Below, piece after piece: positions 28,388-38,082 of a stretch of 47,021 bases of DNA. The translations under genes were made by a program, and so were the position numbers. This DNA is from a virus (taxonomy: Duplodnaviria > Caudoviricetes): positions 1 through 47,021 of IMG/VR virus record IMGVR_UViG_3300011443_000008; one strand, written 5' to 3'. The notes under the pieces were generated by a model. The model did not search any database. It worked only from the letters and a program-made list of their open reading frames with translations, and was not told the origin of the DNA. Positions within the stretch are counted from its first letter, which is position 1. Each line of letters begins with the position of its first letter.

Positions 28388-28701
28388 AGTGGACCTCGCT
28401 GCGTGGCGCGGACGGAGTGCTCGGTGGTGACTTCGTGGACATCACGACGCCGTGGGGGATGCGCGATAAAGTGAGCCATCTCCTACTCGGGGCGTTCGCG
28501 CAGCTCGCCCATGAGCGCTGGATCACCCCGGCCATCTTCTGGAATGCGTCGTTCGTGGTGCTGGTGGCCGTACTGGTGGAGCTGGTCGAGCAGCATCGCT
28601 TCGACCTCTACGGCTGGAGCCGGTCCTTCAGCGATGAAGCCGATGGGACTGATGTGCTGGTGACCATCGCCGGCGGCGTGATCGGGTGGCTGCTGCTGTG
28701 A
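28384..28701 (+). CDS. Membrane protein (VanZ-like DKxxH)
   Basis: DKVSHLLLG and ELVE..D..DV motifs, three hydrophobic segments. Confidence 0.6.
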   Translation: MKWTSLRGADGVLGGDFVDITTPWGMRDKVSHLLLGAFAQLAHERWITPAIFWNASFVVLVAVLVELVEQHRFDLYGWSRSFSDEADGTDVLVTIAGGVIGWLLL

Positions 28702-29324
28702 GTCCCATTCGAGCCTTCGCCACCGGCGCACTGGTCGCTACCCTGGTGGCCGTGTTCATCGCCCTGTTCTGGTCCTCGTCGGTAGACCAGCAACTGGCGA
28801 TGTTGGCCGATTCTGCCGCCGCCTCCCGAGCGGCATCCCACCTAGCGGATTCGGTGCGCGAGGCTGAGCGTTTGGCCGATCATGTGGCCCATGTGCAGCT
28901 CGAGGCCGAAGTCCTGCGCCTCACTCGAACCGCGCGCGTCACCGGGCAGCAGATGTTAGCGACCGCCGACACCCTCTGGCGCGAGGCCCCGGATACCTGT
29001 ATCCCGGGCATCGCACGACTGAGACTGGGGATGGTCCTGCACCTGGCGGCCGATTCAGTCAAAGACGAAGGCGTGACCCGGATGCTTCGGGCCGACAGTC
29101 TCGCCCTTGACGCCGAGCGTAGCCGCACCTTCGCCGTGATGGCCGAACGGGACACGGCGCAGAACCGACTGGACCGGGCGATCAAACTGGGCCAGCGATC
29201 CGACTGGACGGTCGGCCCGCACCTGGGCTACGGATTGTCACTGGTGGATGGTAGAGTGGTGGACGGCTGGCAGGCGGGCATCAGTGTGCAGCGGCGTATC
29301 CGGCTGAAGGTGCCGTTCCTGTAG
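28698..29324 (+). CDS. Putative spanin-like protein (N-terminal TM, coiled coil, C-terminal beta-hairpin)
   Basis: TM at about aa 5-25, long A-rich helix, C-terminal WTVGPHLGYG..GWQAGISVQ; last gene of the lysis region. Confidence 0.55.
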   Translation: MSPIRAFATGALVATLVAVFIALFWSSSVDQQLAMLADSAAASRAASHLADSVREAERLADHVAHVQLEAEVLRLTRTARVTGQQMLATADTLWREAPDTCIPGIARLRLGMVLHLAADSVKDEGVTRMLRADSLALDAERSRTFAVMAERDTAQNRLDRAIKLGQRSDWTVGPHLGYGLSLVDGRVVDGWQAGISVQRRIRLKVPFL

Positions 29325-29505
29325 GGCGCAGTCTGCACCGAGTCGCAACTTTCCTTCATGATCTACGGTCGTAGAATGGTACCCCTTCGATGAGCTTGAG
29401 CGTCCATGCCTGACCCGTGTCCCCTCGGGGGCCGCTGTGCGGGTGGCCCCTGCGTCTACGAGCTGGTCCCCGGCGGGCGCTTCGCTGTGTGCGAAGCCGG
29501 GACGG

Positions 29506-29976
29506 TCAGTCTGTTTCAGCGCCTCCCCGGCGTCGTGATTTCCTCTTTGCCACTGCTCGATCCCCCGCTGTCTGCTGTGCCAGTTGCGCTATCCGCTCCC
29601 GTTCGCTCGCGGGTGCGCCGGCGCTGGCTTCATGTCCTGCCAATCCTGGCGCTGATAGTGGCGTAGCGAGGGCGAGGGCCGACGGCCGCCCCTTCCCCTC
29701 GATAGCCGCCAGCAGCTCGTCACAGGTCACCCCGAGCGCCTGGGCGACCCTACGAACGACGCGGGAATCAGGGGCGTGGCCAGTGCGGACCCAGCGGCGA
29801 ACGGTCGCCTCGGGAAGCCCAGCGCGTCGGGCGAGACTTCCTGCGTTCCATTGCGTACGGTCCCGTTCGAACCGGGACTTGATCTCCCGGTCCAGCCACG
29901 CCGACCACGGGTCGGGCGCAACAACTTTGTGACCAGCCAGACCGTAACCCCCTGATACTACGCAGGTTGCAAACAT
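29506..29976 (-). CDS. XRE-family HTH repressor (CI-like); start uncertain
   Basis: LARRAGLPEATVRRW..G..P..RVAQALGVTCDEL; divergent from the early operon; no S24 peptidase domain seen. Confidence 0.8.
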   Translation of the reverse strand: MFATCVVSGGYGLAGHKVVAPDPWSAWLDREIKSRFERDRTQWNAGSLARRAGLPEATVRRWVRTGHAPDSRVVRRVAQALGVTCDELLAAIEGKGRPSALALATPLSAPGLAGHEASAGAPASERERIAQLAQQTAGDRAVAKRKSRRRGGAETD

Positions 29977-29978
29977 GC

Positions 29979-30007
29979 TTGCGCGTTAGTGTGCGAATGT
30001 GTACGTT
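29979..30007 (+). promoter_or_regulatory. Putative early rightward promoter
   Basis: TTGCGC (29979-84), 17 nt, TACGTT (30002-07) with a TG extension; overlapped by an imperfect inverted repeat at 29991-30012. Confidence 0.55.
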
Positions 30008-30058
30008 CGTGCCCACACAAAAACACGACCGACACCTTCTGAACGCGAGCGTACAGGT

Positions 30059-30268
30059 ATGCAGCGCAAGTCTGTATCACATAAGAAGATAGAAGTAGCC
30101 ACCGGGGCGGTGGGACCGCAAGGTGCCGCCTCGGAGACCCTCACCGTGCGGCTCCAGGTCGCGGACAGCAACCGGCTGGAGCGGGCGGCCAAGCAGCGCC
30201 GGTTGGCGAAGGGCACTATCGCCCGACTGGTCATCTGCGAGTGGCTGGACCGGAATCAGGCCGCCTGA
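30059..30268 (+). CDS. Ribbon-helix-helix DNA-binding protein in the Cro position
   Basis: ETLTVRL..RLERAAK..KGTIARLVICEWL (beta-alpha-alpha pattern). Confidence 0.75.
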   Translation: MQRKSVSHKKIEVATGAVGPQGAASETLTVRLQVADSNRLERAAKQRRLAKGTIARLVICEWLDRNQAA

Positions 30269-30270
30269 CG

Positions 30271-30528
30271 ATGTCCAGCAACGCGCCCGGCACCAACTCT
30301 CCGACGCGGAACCAGCCCGAGCCTCGAGCGGTCTGCTGGCGCATGGGCCGCGAGTACGGCAAGTGGCACCTCAAGGTGCCGGGCACCACGCGCACCGCCT
30401 GCGGGCTCGACTTCGCCGGCGTGCGGCCTGACTCGATCTCCCTGTCCTCGTTCACCGACAAGGTCACCAACGAACGGTGCCAGACCTGCCTCACCAAGGC
30501 CCGGGCCCATCTGGAGTTGATCCGATGA
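30271..30528 (+). CDS. Hypothetical Cys/His-containing protein
   Basis: KWH..TACG..CQTC; possible zinc binding. Confidence 0.6.
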   Translation: MSSNAPGTNSPTRNQPEPRAVCWRMGREYGKWHLKVPGTTRTACGLDFAGVRPDSISLSSFTDKVTNERCQTCLTKARAHLELIR

Positions 30529-30971
30529 CCACGCGCCAACGGCTAACGACTCCGTCCCAGCGACTCCAGTATCCGACCGCCTCGCGAGTGACGGCCCACG
30601 TCGCCCTCGCCCTGGGCTGCACCGAAGGCACCGCGCATCAGGCCCTCTACTCCTCGGACCCCGCGCGCCGGCTGAACCTGCGCGTCGCGGAAGCCATCAC
30701 GGCGCTGATCCGCTCGGGTGACCGGGCGGCGCTGGCCCATTTCCTCGCCCCCATCGAAGCGGCCATCCGGGGCATCCCGGCGCCGGCGGAATCCGACCGG
30801 CTGGCTGAGCAAGCGCAGGTGGCCGATGGGGACGAAGAAACCACCGGCACCGCCTACTACCGGAACCCCTGTCTTGAAACCGCCCGGGCCTACGTGCTGG
30901 CCATCGACACCCAGGACGCGCTGTGCCACGAGGAGCGGATGGCCGTGGCCTCGCGTTGGGGCATCGCATGA
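30525..30971 (+). CDS. Putative CII-like regulator
   Basis: HTH-like VALALGCTEGTAHQAL; position after the cro-like gene. Confidence 0.45.
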   Translation: MTTRQRLTTPSQRLQYPTASRVTAHVALALGCTEGTAHQALYSSDPARRLNLRVAEAITALIRSGDRAALAHFLAPIEAAIRGIPAPAESDRLAEQAQVADGDEETTGTAYYRNPCLETARAYVLAIDTQDALCHEERMAVASRWGIA

Positions 30972-31168
30972 CCCCCTGCTCGAACTACACCTGTCCCAAC
31001 TACGACGCCGATGCCGTGAGTGAATGCGAGCTGTGCCGCACGGAAGGCGAGCCCTGCACCAACGGCACCCGAGGCGAGATGAAGCACGGTGATCCGCAGG
31101 ACTGTCGCTGCTTCTCCTGCTCGGCCTGCCGCTGTGATGCCGCTGAGTACCTGCTGGAGGATCGGTGA
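30968..31168 (+). CDS. Cys-rich hypothetical protein
   Basis: 66 aa with multiple CxxC; ATGA overlap. Confidence 0.5.
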   Translation: MTPCSNYTCPNYDADAVSECELCRTEGEPCTNGTRGEMKHGDPQDCRCFSCSACRCDAAEYLLEDR

Positions 31169-31274
31169 AACTCCGCGACTGGATCGTCATCGGCCTGTGG
31201 TTCGTGCTGGCCGGCCTGACATGGGTCGTGATGCTGCCCGTGAAGGCGTGGAAGAAGTTGACCGGGATGGCGCC

Positions 31275-32748
31275 ATGAGCAGGACCCGGAGCGCACGACC
31301 CGAACAACTCGCGGGCCACAAGCGCGTCGGCGGCAGGGTGTCGGTGGCCATGTCCTGTGAATGTGGCTGGCGGTCGTCGTCGTGGACGGGGCCCGGTGCT
31401 CGCTGGTCAGCCGACGCCGAATGGCGCGAGCACCGTGCATCGCACCAGGTCGTGAAGCACGAACAGCCCATGCGGGGAGTCTGATGAGCGAGAGCCTGAG
31501 CGCACGACTGCGCCTACAAGCCCGCATTGCCCGTGGATGCGTATCAGAAGAAGTCTCGCCGCTGCTGGCCGAAGAAGCCGCTGACGAACTGGACGCCTGC
31601 ATAGAAGCCCTGCGGGACGTAATCGCATGGCGCGAAGGACCCGAAGCCCCTGCGTTCATTCACGATGCAAAGCCGTGGCTCAAGGCTCGTGCCGTACTGG
31701 AGCGAGTCGCCCCGCCCATGCCTAACGACAAAGGCGCTGCCCATGAGTAGCACACGACTCGACAAGGCGGGCATCATCGCCGCGCTTGTTGACGGTGCCG
31801 AGTTGCTCCTGACGGAGCCGTATTGGGATGCTCGCCGTGTTGCCCGTGCGTGGCTGGCGTGGCCATCAGGCGAGCGAGTCGAGGCCAACCGACGCAGTGC
31901 GGACGCAGTGCTCGCTCGGCGTAACGGTTCGATCACCGGTCCCGTTCGCCACATCCGCGACACCGTGGGCGGCAAGGTCTATGGCTTACGTGCGGTGATT
32001 CAACCTCACGAACAGAAAGGCGTAACCCATGAGTAGCGCCAGGTTCACGGCGTTCGTGGAGGCGATGGCGCTTTACGTCGAAGCACGTCGAGTGCTGGAC
32101 GAGAAGCTGGACGCCTACGAAGGCTACTCGCCGGACTACGAATTGTCGCAAGAGTTCGACGCTCGCGCACGGACAGAGCGCGCCGCCGCTGCCGCCTTCC
32201 GAGATGCCGTCCTTGAGGCAAGTCCGGGGGTTCGGGATGCCTAGCCGAATGTCAGGCGGTGTCCCGGTGAGTGAGCCCAAGACGCTACCCGAGAAGGGAA
32301 TGCTGCCGTGTCCGTGGTGCGATATCCCTCCGGTGAATCACGGATGGGTTGCGTGCCACACGAAGGGGTGCCCGCTGGAGCGTGTGTTGTTCTCCCGCGA
32401 AGGTTGGAATGCTCGCTGGGACCGTCGCGCCCCCTCCCCGGAAAACGCTGTTCCTGTGTCTGCTCCGTCCCCTCAGGAGAAGAAGGCGTAGCCATGGAGC
32501 GCGACGGGTTGTACGAGGTGACCGAAATCCTGGTCCCGCCCGTTGACGCGGAGGCTGGGGTGCGGCTGCGCTGGAAGGTCACCAACCGGCGCACCGGCAG
32601 CGTTGAAGTCGTGGCGTTGCTGCGGCCCACCGGGGCGGCGCCGGCGCTGGCCTGCACCTGCTCGTTGCCCTTCTGCAATCACCGGCAGGAAATCCTGCCC
32701 CGGATCGGTCCTACCTTCCCGCCGCCTGACGGACAGGCCGTCGCTTGA
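31275..32748 (+). other. Cluster of small, coupled hypothetical early genes (31275-31484, 31484-31750, 31743-32036, 32029-32244, about 32267-32491, 32494-32748)
   Basis: Overlapping start/stop junctions and RBSs; the last ORF has a SWIM-like CTC..CNH motif. Confidence 0.55.
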
Positions 32749-32900
32749 AAGGCGTTCTCTCTCCCGCATGGGAACGGGCCACCATCGCCACCATCGTGCG
32801 CTGGCACTACCGCAACGAGTGGTGGAGCGAACGGCTCAAGTGGTTCAAGCCCACGGTGCCAGGTCACCTCGTCAGACGCGCCCGACCGAGCGTGAACTGA
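32745..32900 (+). CDS. Small hypothetical protein (51 aa, ends RRARPSVN)
   Basis: TTG start overlapping the previous stop; stop overlaps the HNH ATG; read manually because it is below the ORF-track cutoff. Confidence 0.55.
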   Translation: MKGVLSPAWERATIATIVRWHYRNEWWSERLKWFKPTVPGHLVRRARPSVN

Positions 32901-33376
32901 TGGAAAAGACGGCACTGAGGATACTCCGAGAACATCTGACACGCAGTCCCCGGTTCGAGTTGGGATTCTGGCGGCGAGTAAAAAAGGGGGCCGACTGTTG
33001 GCTTTGGGCCGGACGGCGCAACCCGATGGGGTACGGCATGGTCGATGTGCCGGGAAAGAGCGCACGACTGGCGCACCGCGTTTCCTATGCCCTGTTCCAC
33101 GGGGCCGTGGAGCCCGGCTTGGAATTGGATCACCTGTGCCGCAACCCGGGTTGTGTCCGGCCCGATCACCTCGAGGCGGTTACGCACGACGTAAACATGG
33201 CCCGCGGCAGGCGAGCGAGCCAGACCCATTGCCTGAGGGGTCACGAGTTCACCGCAGAGAACACCAGGTTCAAGAAAAACGGCACACGACAGTGCCGTGC
33301 GTGTGATCTCCTGCACGAACAACGACGCAAACCCCGCGTTCATTGGCGTCGCCGGGCGCGCCCGAGCGTGAATTGA
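32900..33376 (+). CDS. HNH endonuclease with C-terminal zinc domain
   Basis: CWLW..GYG..AHRVSY..LDHLCRNPGCVRPDHLE..N and THCLRGH..RQCRAC motifs. Confidence 0.92.
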   Translation: MEKTALRILREHLTRSPRFELGFWRRVKKGADCWLWAGRRNPMGYGMVDVPGKSARLAHRVSYALFHGAVEPGLELDHLCRNPGCVRPDHLEAVTHDVNMARGRRASQTHCLRGHEFTAENTRFKKNGTRQCRACDLLHEQRRKPRVHWRRRARPSVN

Positions 33377-33957
33377 CCCCGCCGCTGATCGTCATCGCGC
33401 TCTGGCTGGCCTGCTGCGTCGGCGTCCGGCTCTGGTTCGACGCCCTCAAGCGCGAACCGAAGCCCAAGGTGCGGATGCCGAACAAGTGGGTCGAGCACCG
33501 CCAGCCTGACAAGTGCAGTTACCCGGTGAACGCCTCGAACGACGAGTTAGCAGCCTACCTGCTACTGGGTGGCGCCGTGACGTATGAACACGACGAGCTG
33601 AACCGTGGCTGAGATCAACCCTGCTGCCGTGGCCGCGAAGGGCGACGAGGTCGAATCACTCGTCAGGCGATTGGCCGAAGCCTGTCGCGAGTACACGGCG
33701 CTCAATGCCCGTCAGTGTCTGGAAAACGCTTTGAGCGAATCCCAGTTGTCGCTGCCCATGGGAGAGAAGAAGCCATGAACGTCCACATCGTCCACCGGAA
33801 GCCGTGCCTGCGGGACCCGCAGGGCTCGTACCTGGTGGTCGCCGACACCGTGGGTCCTCGCGGGAACGTCATCGCCGTGGTGGATACCCGCGAAGAAGCC
33901 GACGCGATTGCCGCGACCAAGGACCCGACCTACCGCAATGAGGAGGAGATGGCATGA
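33373..33957 (+). other. Three small hypothetical genes (33373-33612, 33605-33778, 33775-33957)
   Basis: Overlapping junctions; the first has an N-terminal TM. Confidence 0.5.
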
Positions 33958-34469
33958 CGACTGCAACCGTGCCCGACACCCTGTACGCACTGGCCCCGCA
34001 GTACGCGATTCTGCTGCGCGAGTTGGAGGCGTCCGGGGGCGATGTCACCGACGAGGAGTTCGCCGCCCACTTCGACGCGATCCAGCAGGGATTCGGGGAA
34101 AAGATCGAGGCGTGCATGCTGGTCGCCCGGCACCAGATGGCCGACGCCAAGGCGTTGACCGAGTTCGCCCGGCCCTTCATCGAGCGGGCGGCGAGGCTGG
34201 AGAAGGAAGCGGAGCGCATCAAGCGGTACGCGATGGGCTGCATGATCGTGGCCAACCAGATCCGCATCGAAACCCCGCTGGGTGGCGCCCGGATTCAGTT
34301 GAACCCGGTGAGCGTGAAGGTGGACTGCGACCCGGCGACGTTGCCCATCGAGTTCACCCGCACGGTGGTGGAGCCGGACAAGAAGATGCTGGCCGAGCAG
34401 CACCGGCTGGGCCTGCCGCTGCCCGAAGGCGTGAGCGTCGAGCGCACCAAGCGGCTGGTGTGGCTGTGA
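33954..34469 (+). CDS. Siphovirus Gp157 family protein
   Basis: LY.L, EKIEA, coiled coil, NPVSV, LP.EF, EPDKK and GV motifs; adjacent to the recombinase. Confidence 0.85.
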   Translation: MTTATVPDTLYALAPQYAILLRELEASGGDVTDEEFAAHFDAIQQGFGEKIEACMLVARHQMADAKALTEFARPFIERAARLEKEAERIKRYAMGCMIVANQIRIETPLGGARIQLNPVSVKVDCDPATLPIEFTRTVVEPDKKMLAEQHRLGLPLPEGVSVERTKRLVWL

Positions 34470-35020
34470 ACCTCACCGACCTGGCCAAGCCGTTCCCGGC
34501 GACTGACATCGAGTGGCGCGTCGGGCAAGCGGGGATGAAGGGCGAGAAGGTGTGGGCCAAGGTGCTGGCCTACATCACCAACCGCGCCATCATGCAGCGA
34601 CTGGACGATGTGTGCGGCCCCGGCAACTGGCGCAACGAGTTCCGCTACGAGCCGAGCGGCGCAATCCTCTGCGGCATCAGTGTCCGGGTCACTCGTCGCG
34701 GAGCAGCATCCACGGACCCGCATGTGTCGGAATGGGTGACGAAGTGGGACGGCGCCGAAGCGACGGACATCGAAGCCGTCAAAGGCGGGTTGTCCAGCGC
34801 CATGAAGCGGGCCGCGGTGCAGTGGGGCATCGGCCGCTATCTGTACGACCTGGAGGAAGGCTGGGCCACGGTCGGGGAGAGCGGCGTCCACTACGTCCCG
34901 AAGAACGAGAAGAAGGGCACCCCGGCGTTCCGGTGGAGCCCGCCCCGACTGCCCGCGTGGGCATTGCCCACGGACGACGAACCGCGGCGGCCGGCGGTGG
35001 AGATGGCGACCCAGGCGTAG
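34466..35020 (+). CDS. Rad52/Rad22-family single-strand annealing protein (Sak)
   Basis: LAKPF..DIEWRV, LAYITNRAIMQRLDDVCG..NW and KGGLSSAMKRAAVQWGIGRYLY motifs. Confidence 0.93.
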   Translation: MNLTDLAKPFPATDIEWRVGQAGMKGEKVWAKVLAYITNRAIMQRLDDVCGPGNWRNEFRYEPSGAILCGISVRVTRRGAASTDPHVSEWVTKWDGAEATDIEAVKGGLSSAMKRAAVQWGIGRYLYDLEEGWATVGESGVHYVPKNEKKGTPAFRWSPPRLPAWALPTDDEPRRPAVEMATQA

Positions 35021-35027
35021 CGGGCAT

Positions 35028-35206
35028 CGGGGCGGTAGCGAGCAGTTCCCAGCTCGGCTTCCATGGACAACCGCCCCGTTGAATGGCCCCGGTGATTTCA
35101 AGAGGGTGCAAGGGCACTCATTGGGGCGTAGGTCGGACGGGTGAGCGGCAGTCTCGCAGCGACTGAACCGCTTGGCACTACGGGGCTCAGATCCCCGGCC
35201 CGTCCA
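35028..35206 (+). ncRNA. Candidate structured RNA: three tandem closed stem modules, tRNA-like
   Basis: Stems 35028-36/35070-78, 35086-95/35118-27 and 35135-42/35198-205 in a gap of about 250 nt; G-U pairs favour the + strand. Confidence 0.5.
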
Positions 35207-35270
35207 TTCGTACAGATCGTACAAACAAGCAGGTTACCCAGAAGGGAGCGCACCCGACGTGAGGCGTGGC

Positions 35271-35660
35271 ATGGGCTTGCATCCCGGCGCGAGCCGATTG
35301 ACGAGCAAGGGCGGCAGCAAGTTTCCCGAGAAGGTGGATCTGCCCTACCGGGCCTTCTGCAAGGACAGGGGCTGTGCCATCGCCCCGGTGCTGTACAACC
35401 TGACGTTGCAGGAAATCGCGGAGAGGGGCTGGTGGCCCTGCGGCACCCGGCCGGAACGCGCCGGCGTCGAGTTCGCCCATGTCGTGAGAACGTGGGGCGC
35501 GAGCGGCGAGGACCGCGGCGTCGGAGTCGGACTCTGCCCTGCGCACCACGACGAGCAGGAAGGGCGCACCAAGCAGATGGTGGCGAAGTACGGCGTGGAC
35601 CTGTACGAGCTGGCCCAAGCCAACCAGGTGGAGTACGAGGAGGCCGAACGTGGCGCCTGA
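35271..35660 (+). CDS. Putative HNH-like nuclease (DUF968/DUF1364-like)
   Basis: YRAFC..GC..FAHV..G..D..VGLCPAHH..F/YG.DL pattern. Confidence 0.6.
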   Translation: MGLHPGASRLTSKGGSKFPEKVDLPYRAFCKDRGCAIAPVLYNLTLQEIAERGWWPCGTRPERAGVEFAHVVRTWGASGEDRGVGVGLCPAHHDEQEGRTKQMVAKYGVDLYELAQANQVEYEEAERGA

Positions 35661-38082
35661 CACCCCCTCAGAGGACGCGATCCCCGAACAGTTCGCGCAC
35701 GACAACGCCAAGGAGGCGCTGTTGTCGTGGGGCAAACACTCGACAACGCGGCCCGAGGTGTGTCGGGCCATCCAGCGCTCCGTGGCGCAAGCCGACCTAC
35801 TGGTCGCGGCCCTGCGCCGGAGACTCGCACAAGTCGAACAGGACAACACCAAGATGCACGACGAGTTGGCCGGAATCGCGGCGGGCACCCTGACCATCGA
35901 GCATCTACTGATCGAGCGCGGCAACATGACTGCGGCCTTCGGGGGCGAAATCCTCCGCATACTAGGTGACGCGCTCGTGCTCTGGTTTCGTGAAACGGGC
36001 GCGACGAACTATGTCGAGGCGCGAGTGCGCCACAAGGCGAGCGGAGATGAGTACATGCTGACGGTGCAGAAGGCCCTCGCCAAGACGCCGCACGAGTGTC
36101 GCCGGCGGGCCGAACAGGAGCGCGACGAAGCCCGACGCTTGGCCGAAGCCGGTAGAGATCACGGCTACATGTGCGGGCACTACAACATCGCGGAGTATCT
36201 GAGCGACTACCAGAAGCGCAACCCGCTCCCGTGGGAAGTTGCGTCTGCTTCGGGGACCGAACAGAACAAGGAGAGAACGTGAGGAAGACCAAGACGGCAG
36301 CCCGGATGAAGCCGTGGGTTGGGTGGGTCTACGTGGACAACATCGGGCAGATGAGTCTCCATCGCTACGACAATGCCGCCATCGACGGGACGCCGTTCTT
36401 GCTCAAATCTCGCGTCGGGCGTTCTCCCGTTCGGCGCGTGGAGGTTCGTGAACTCTCTCCCCGTCCCAAGAAGAAGAAGGAGTCTCGGTGAGTGTTCCCC
36501 CGGAAGGACCAGAACAGACGCTACCCGAGGAGAAGCAAGCGTGAGGATCAGCGAGGCTCACAAAGGATTGCGGGTGCGCTTGAGCGATCGGCAGCGTGAG
36601 CTACACACGTTGCCCACCGACCTCCAGATAGACCTTCGGCGGCAGATGTTGATTCCCCGCGAACTAGGGACGCTTCGCAGCGGGCGGGTCATTGCCCGAG
36701 GGCTACCATACGAGGAAGCCTTGGTGGTCTACGTGCTATGGGATGGGCTGCGAACGCCCGAGGCATGGGACCTAACCGACCTCGTCGCCATCATTGAGGA
36801 GAAAGCCAAGATATGAGCACGGGCGCAACGACCTACTCCTGCGAGAAATGCGGGCGCCGCATCACCGAATGGGACGGGTCGCCCTCACACCGGGAAACTT
36901 GTTGCGTCGTGGCGGTACCAGGTTCGGTCCCCTCACCCGACCCCAACTTCGCTACCGTGAGGCGATGGGACTATCTCGGTGATAGGCGGCTTTGCACGTC
37001 ATGCGGCTGGCACGAGGGCACGGGCCACCGAGACATGTGCCTGATTGCCGAAGCGGATCGGCGTGTCTCCTCGCCTCCCCTGGCATCGCGCCCCTTCCCG
37101 TCGCCGGGCGCTCTTACGAGTCTGGCGCCTCTCCCAGACTCAGCAACAACGCTGCCCACGGAGCGAGGACGGGTCTTGGCGAAGGCCGTTGGCGACCTGC
37201 TCGACGCCTGCGGCATATCCGCAAACCTCTGCGGGGTCACCGACCGCTTCTCCACGGAGAGCGCCGTTGAGTTACTGAACTTCGCGGCGAGGCTGGTGCG
37301 GAAGTCGCGGAAGGCGCCTCCCCCAGCACCAAGCGGGGACAAGGTACCGCGTTGCCCGAAGTGCGGGACGGCGAAGTTGCTGTGTCCTGACGGGCATGTG
37401 TGGAACATCGAACCGAGCAAGGAGCGTGCGGGCGAGCCAAGCGTGGCGCGTGGAGAGGGAAGCGTAAAGGATGGTCGCGTCGAAGGCCACGACGTGCTGA
37501 ACCCATCGCCCCCTCCCGCGCCATCCCCTGAGGCCCCGCCGACCATGTGCCACGCTTCGTTTCCGCCTGACGAGTTGCGGAGGATTTTCAAGGTCGCGCC
37601 ACGGAACAGGGAGGAAGGATGAGGCGGCTCTGGTGCAGGCTGTTCGGTCATCGTATGGCGGCGTTGCCCCCGAGCAGGAACATGGTGCGCTACGAGTGCC
37701 TGCGCTGTGGCCGACTCTGGACGCGAAAGGGCAACCGATGACTGACTTCTCCGGTCCCCGGCCCAGCGTCGAAGAAGTGATGGCCTACGCAAAAGTCTAT
37801 GCGGGCTACTACGTGGCGCTGCGGGCTGCCGACGATTTCACCGAGGACATGGCCGAGAAGGTCCGCGCCAGCCTGCTACCCGAAGCCGCGAAAGCCGAAG
37901 CCAACCTGCGTGCAGCGGTGGCGTCCCTGGAGAAGCCGCCCGAGGTGATTCGGCAGCACACCTACGAGGGCGTGTGCATGGCGTGCGGCGCCACGAACAA
38001 GATCATCGGAACGTTACGGGGCACGCCCCTGCGGAAGCTGGACGTGGAGCAGGTAGCACGGCTACTCGAGCAGGAGAAGTAA
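35650..38082 (+). other. Cluster of hypothetical early genes (35650-36282, 36279-36491, 36541-36816, 36813-37622, 37738-38082)
   Basis: Coupled ORFs with RBSs; several CxxC microdomains; no family recognised. Confidence 0.55.

Noticed and set aside
33605-33778. tRNA-like GACGAG-GTCGAATCA-CTCGTC hairpin
   Set aside because: It lies inside a 57-codon ORF coupled at both ends and has no acceptor stem.
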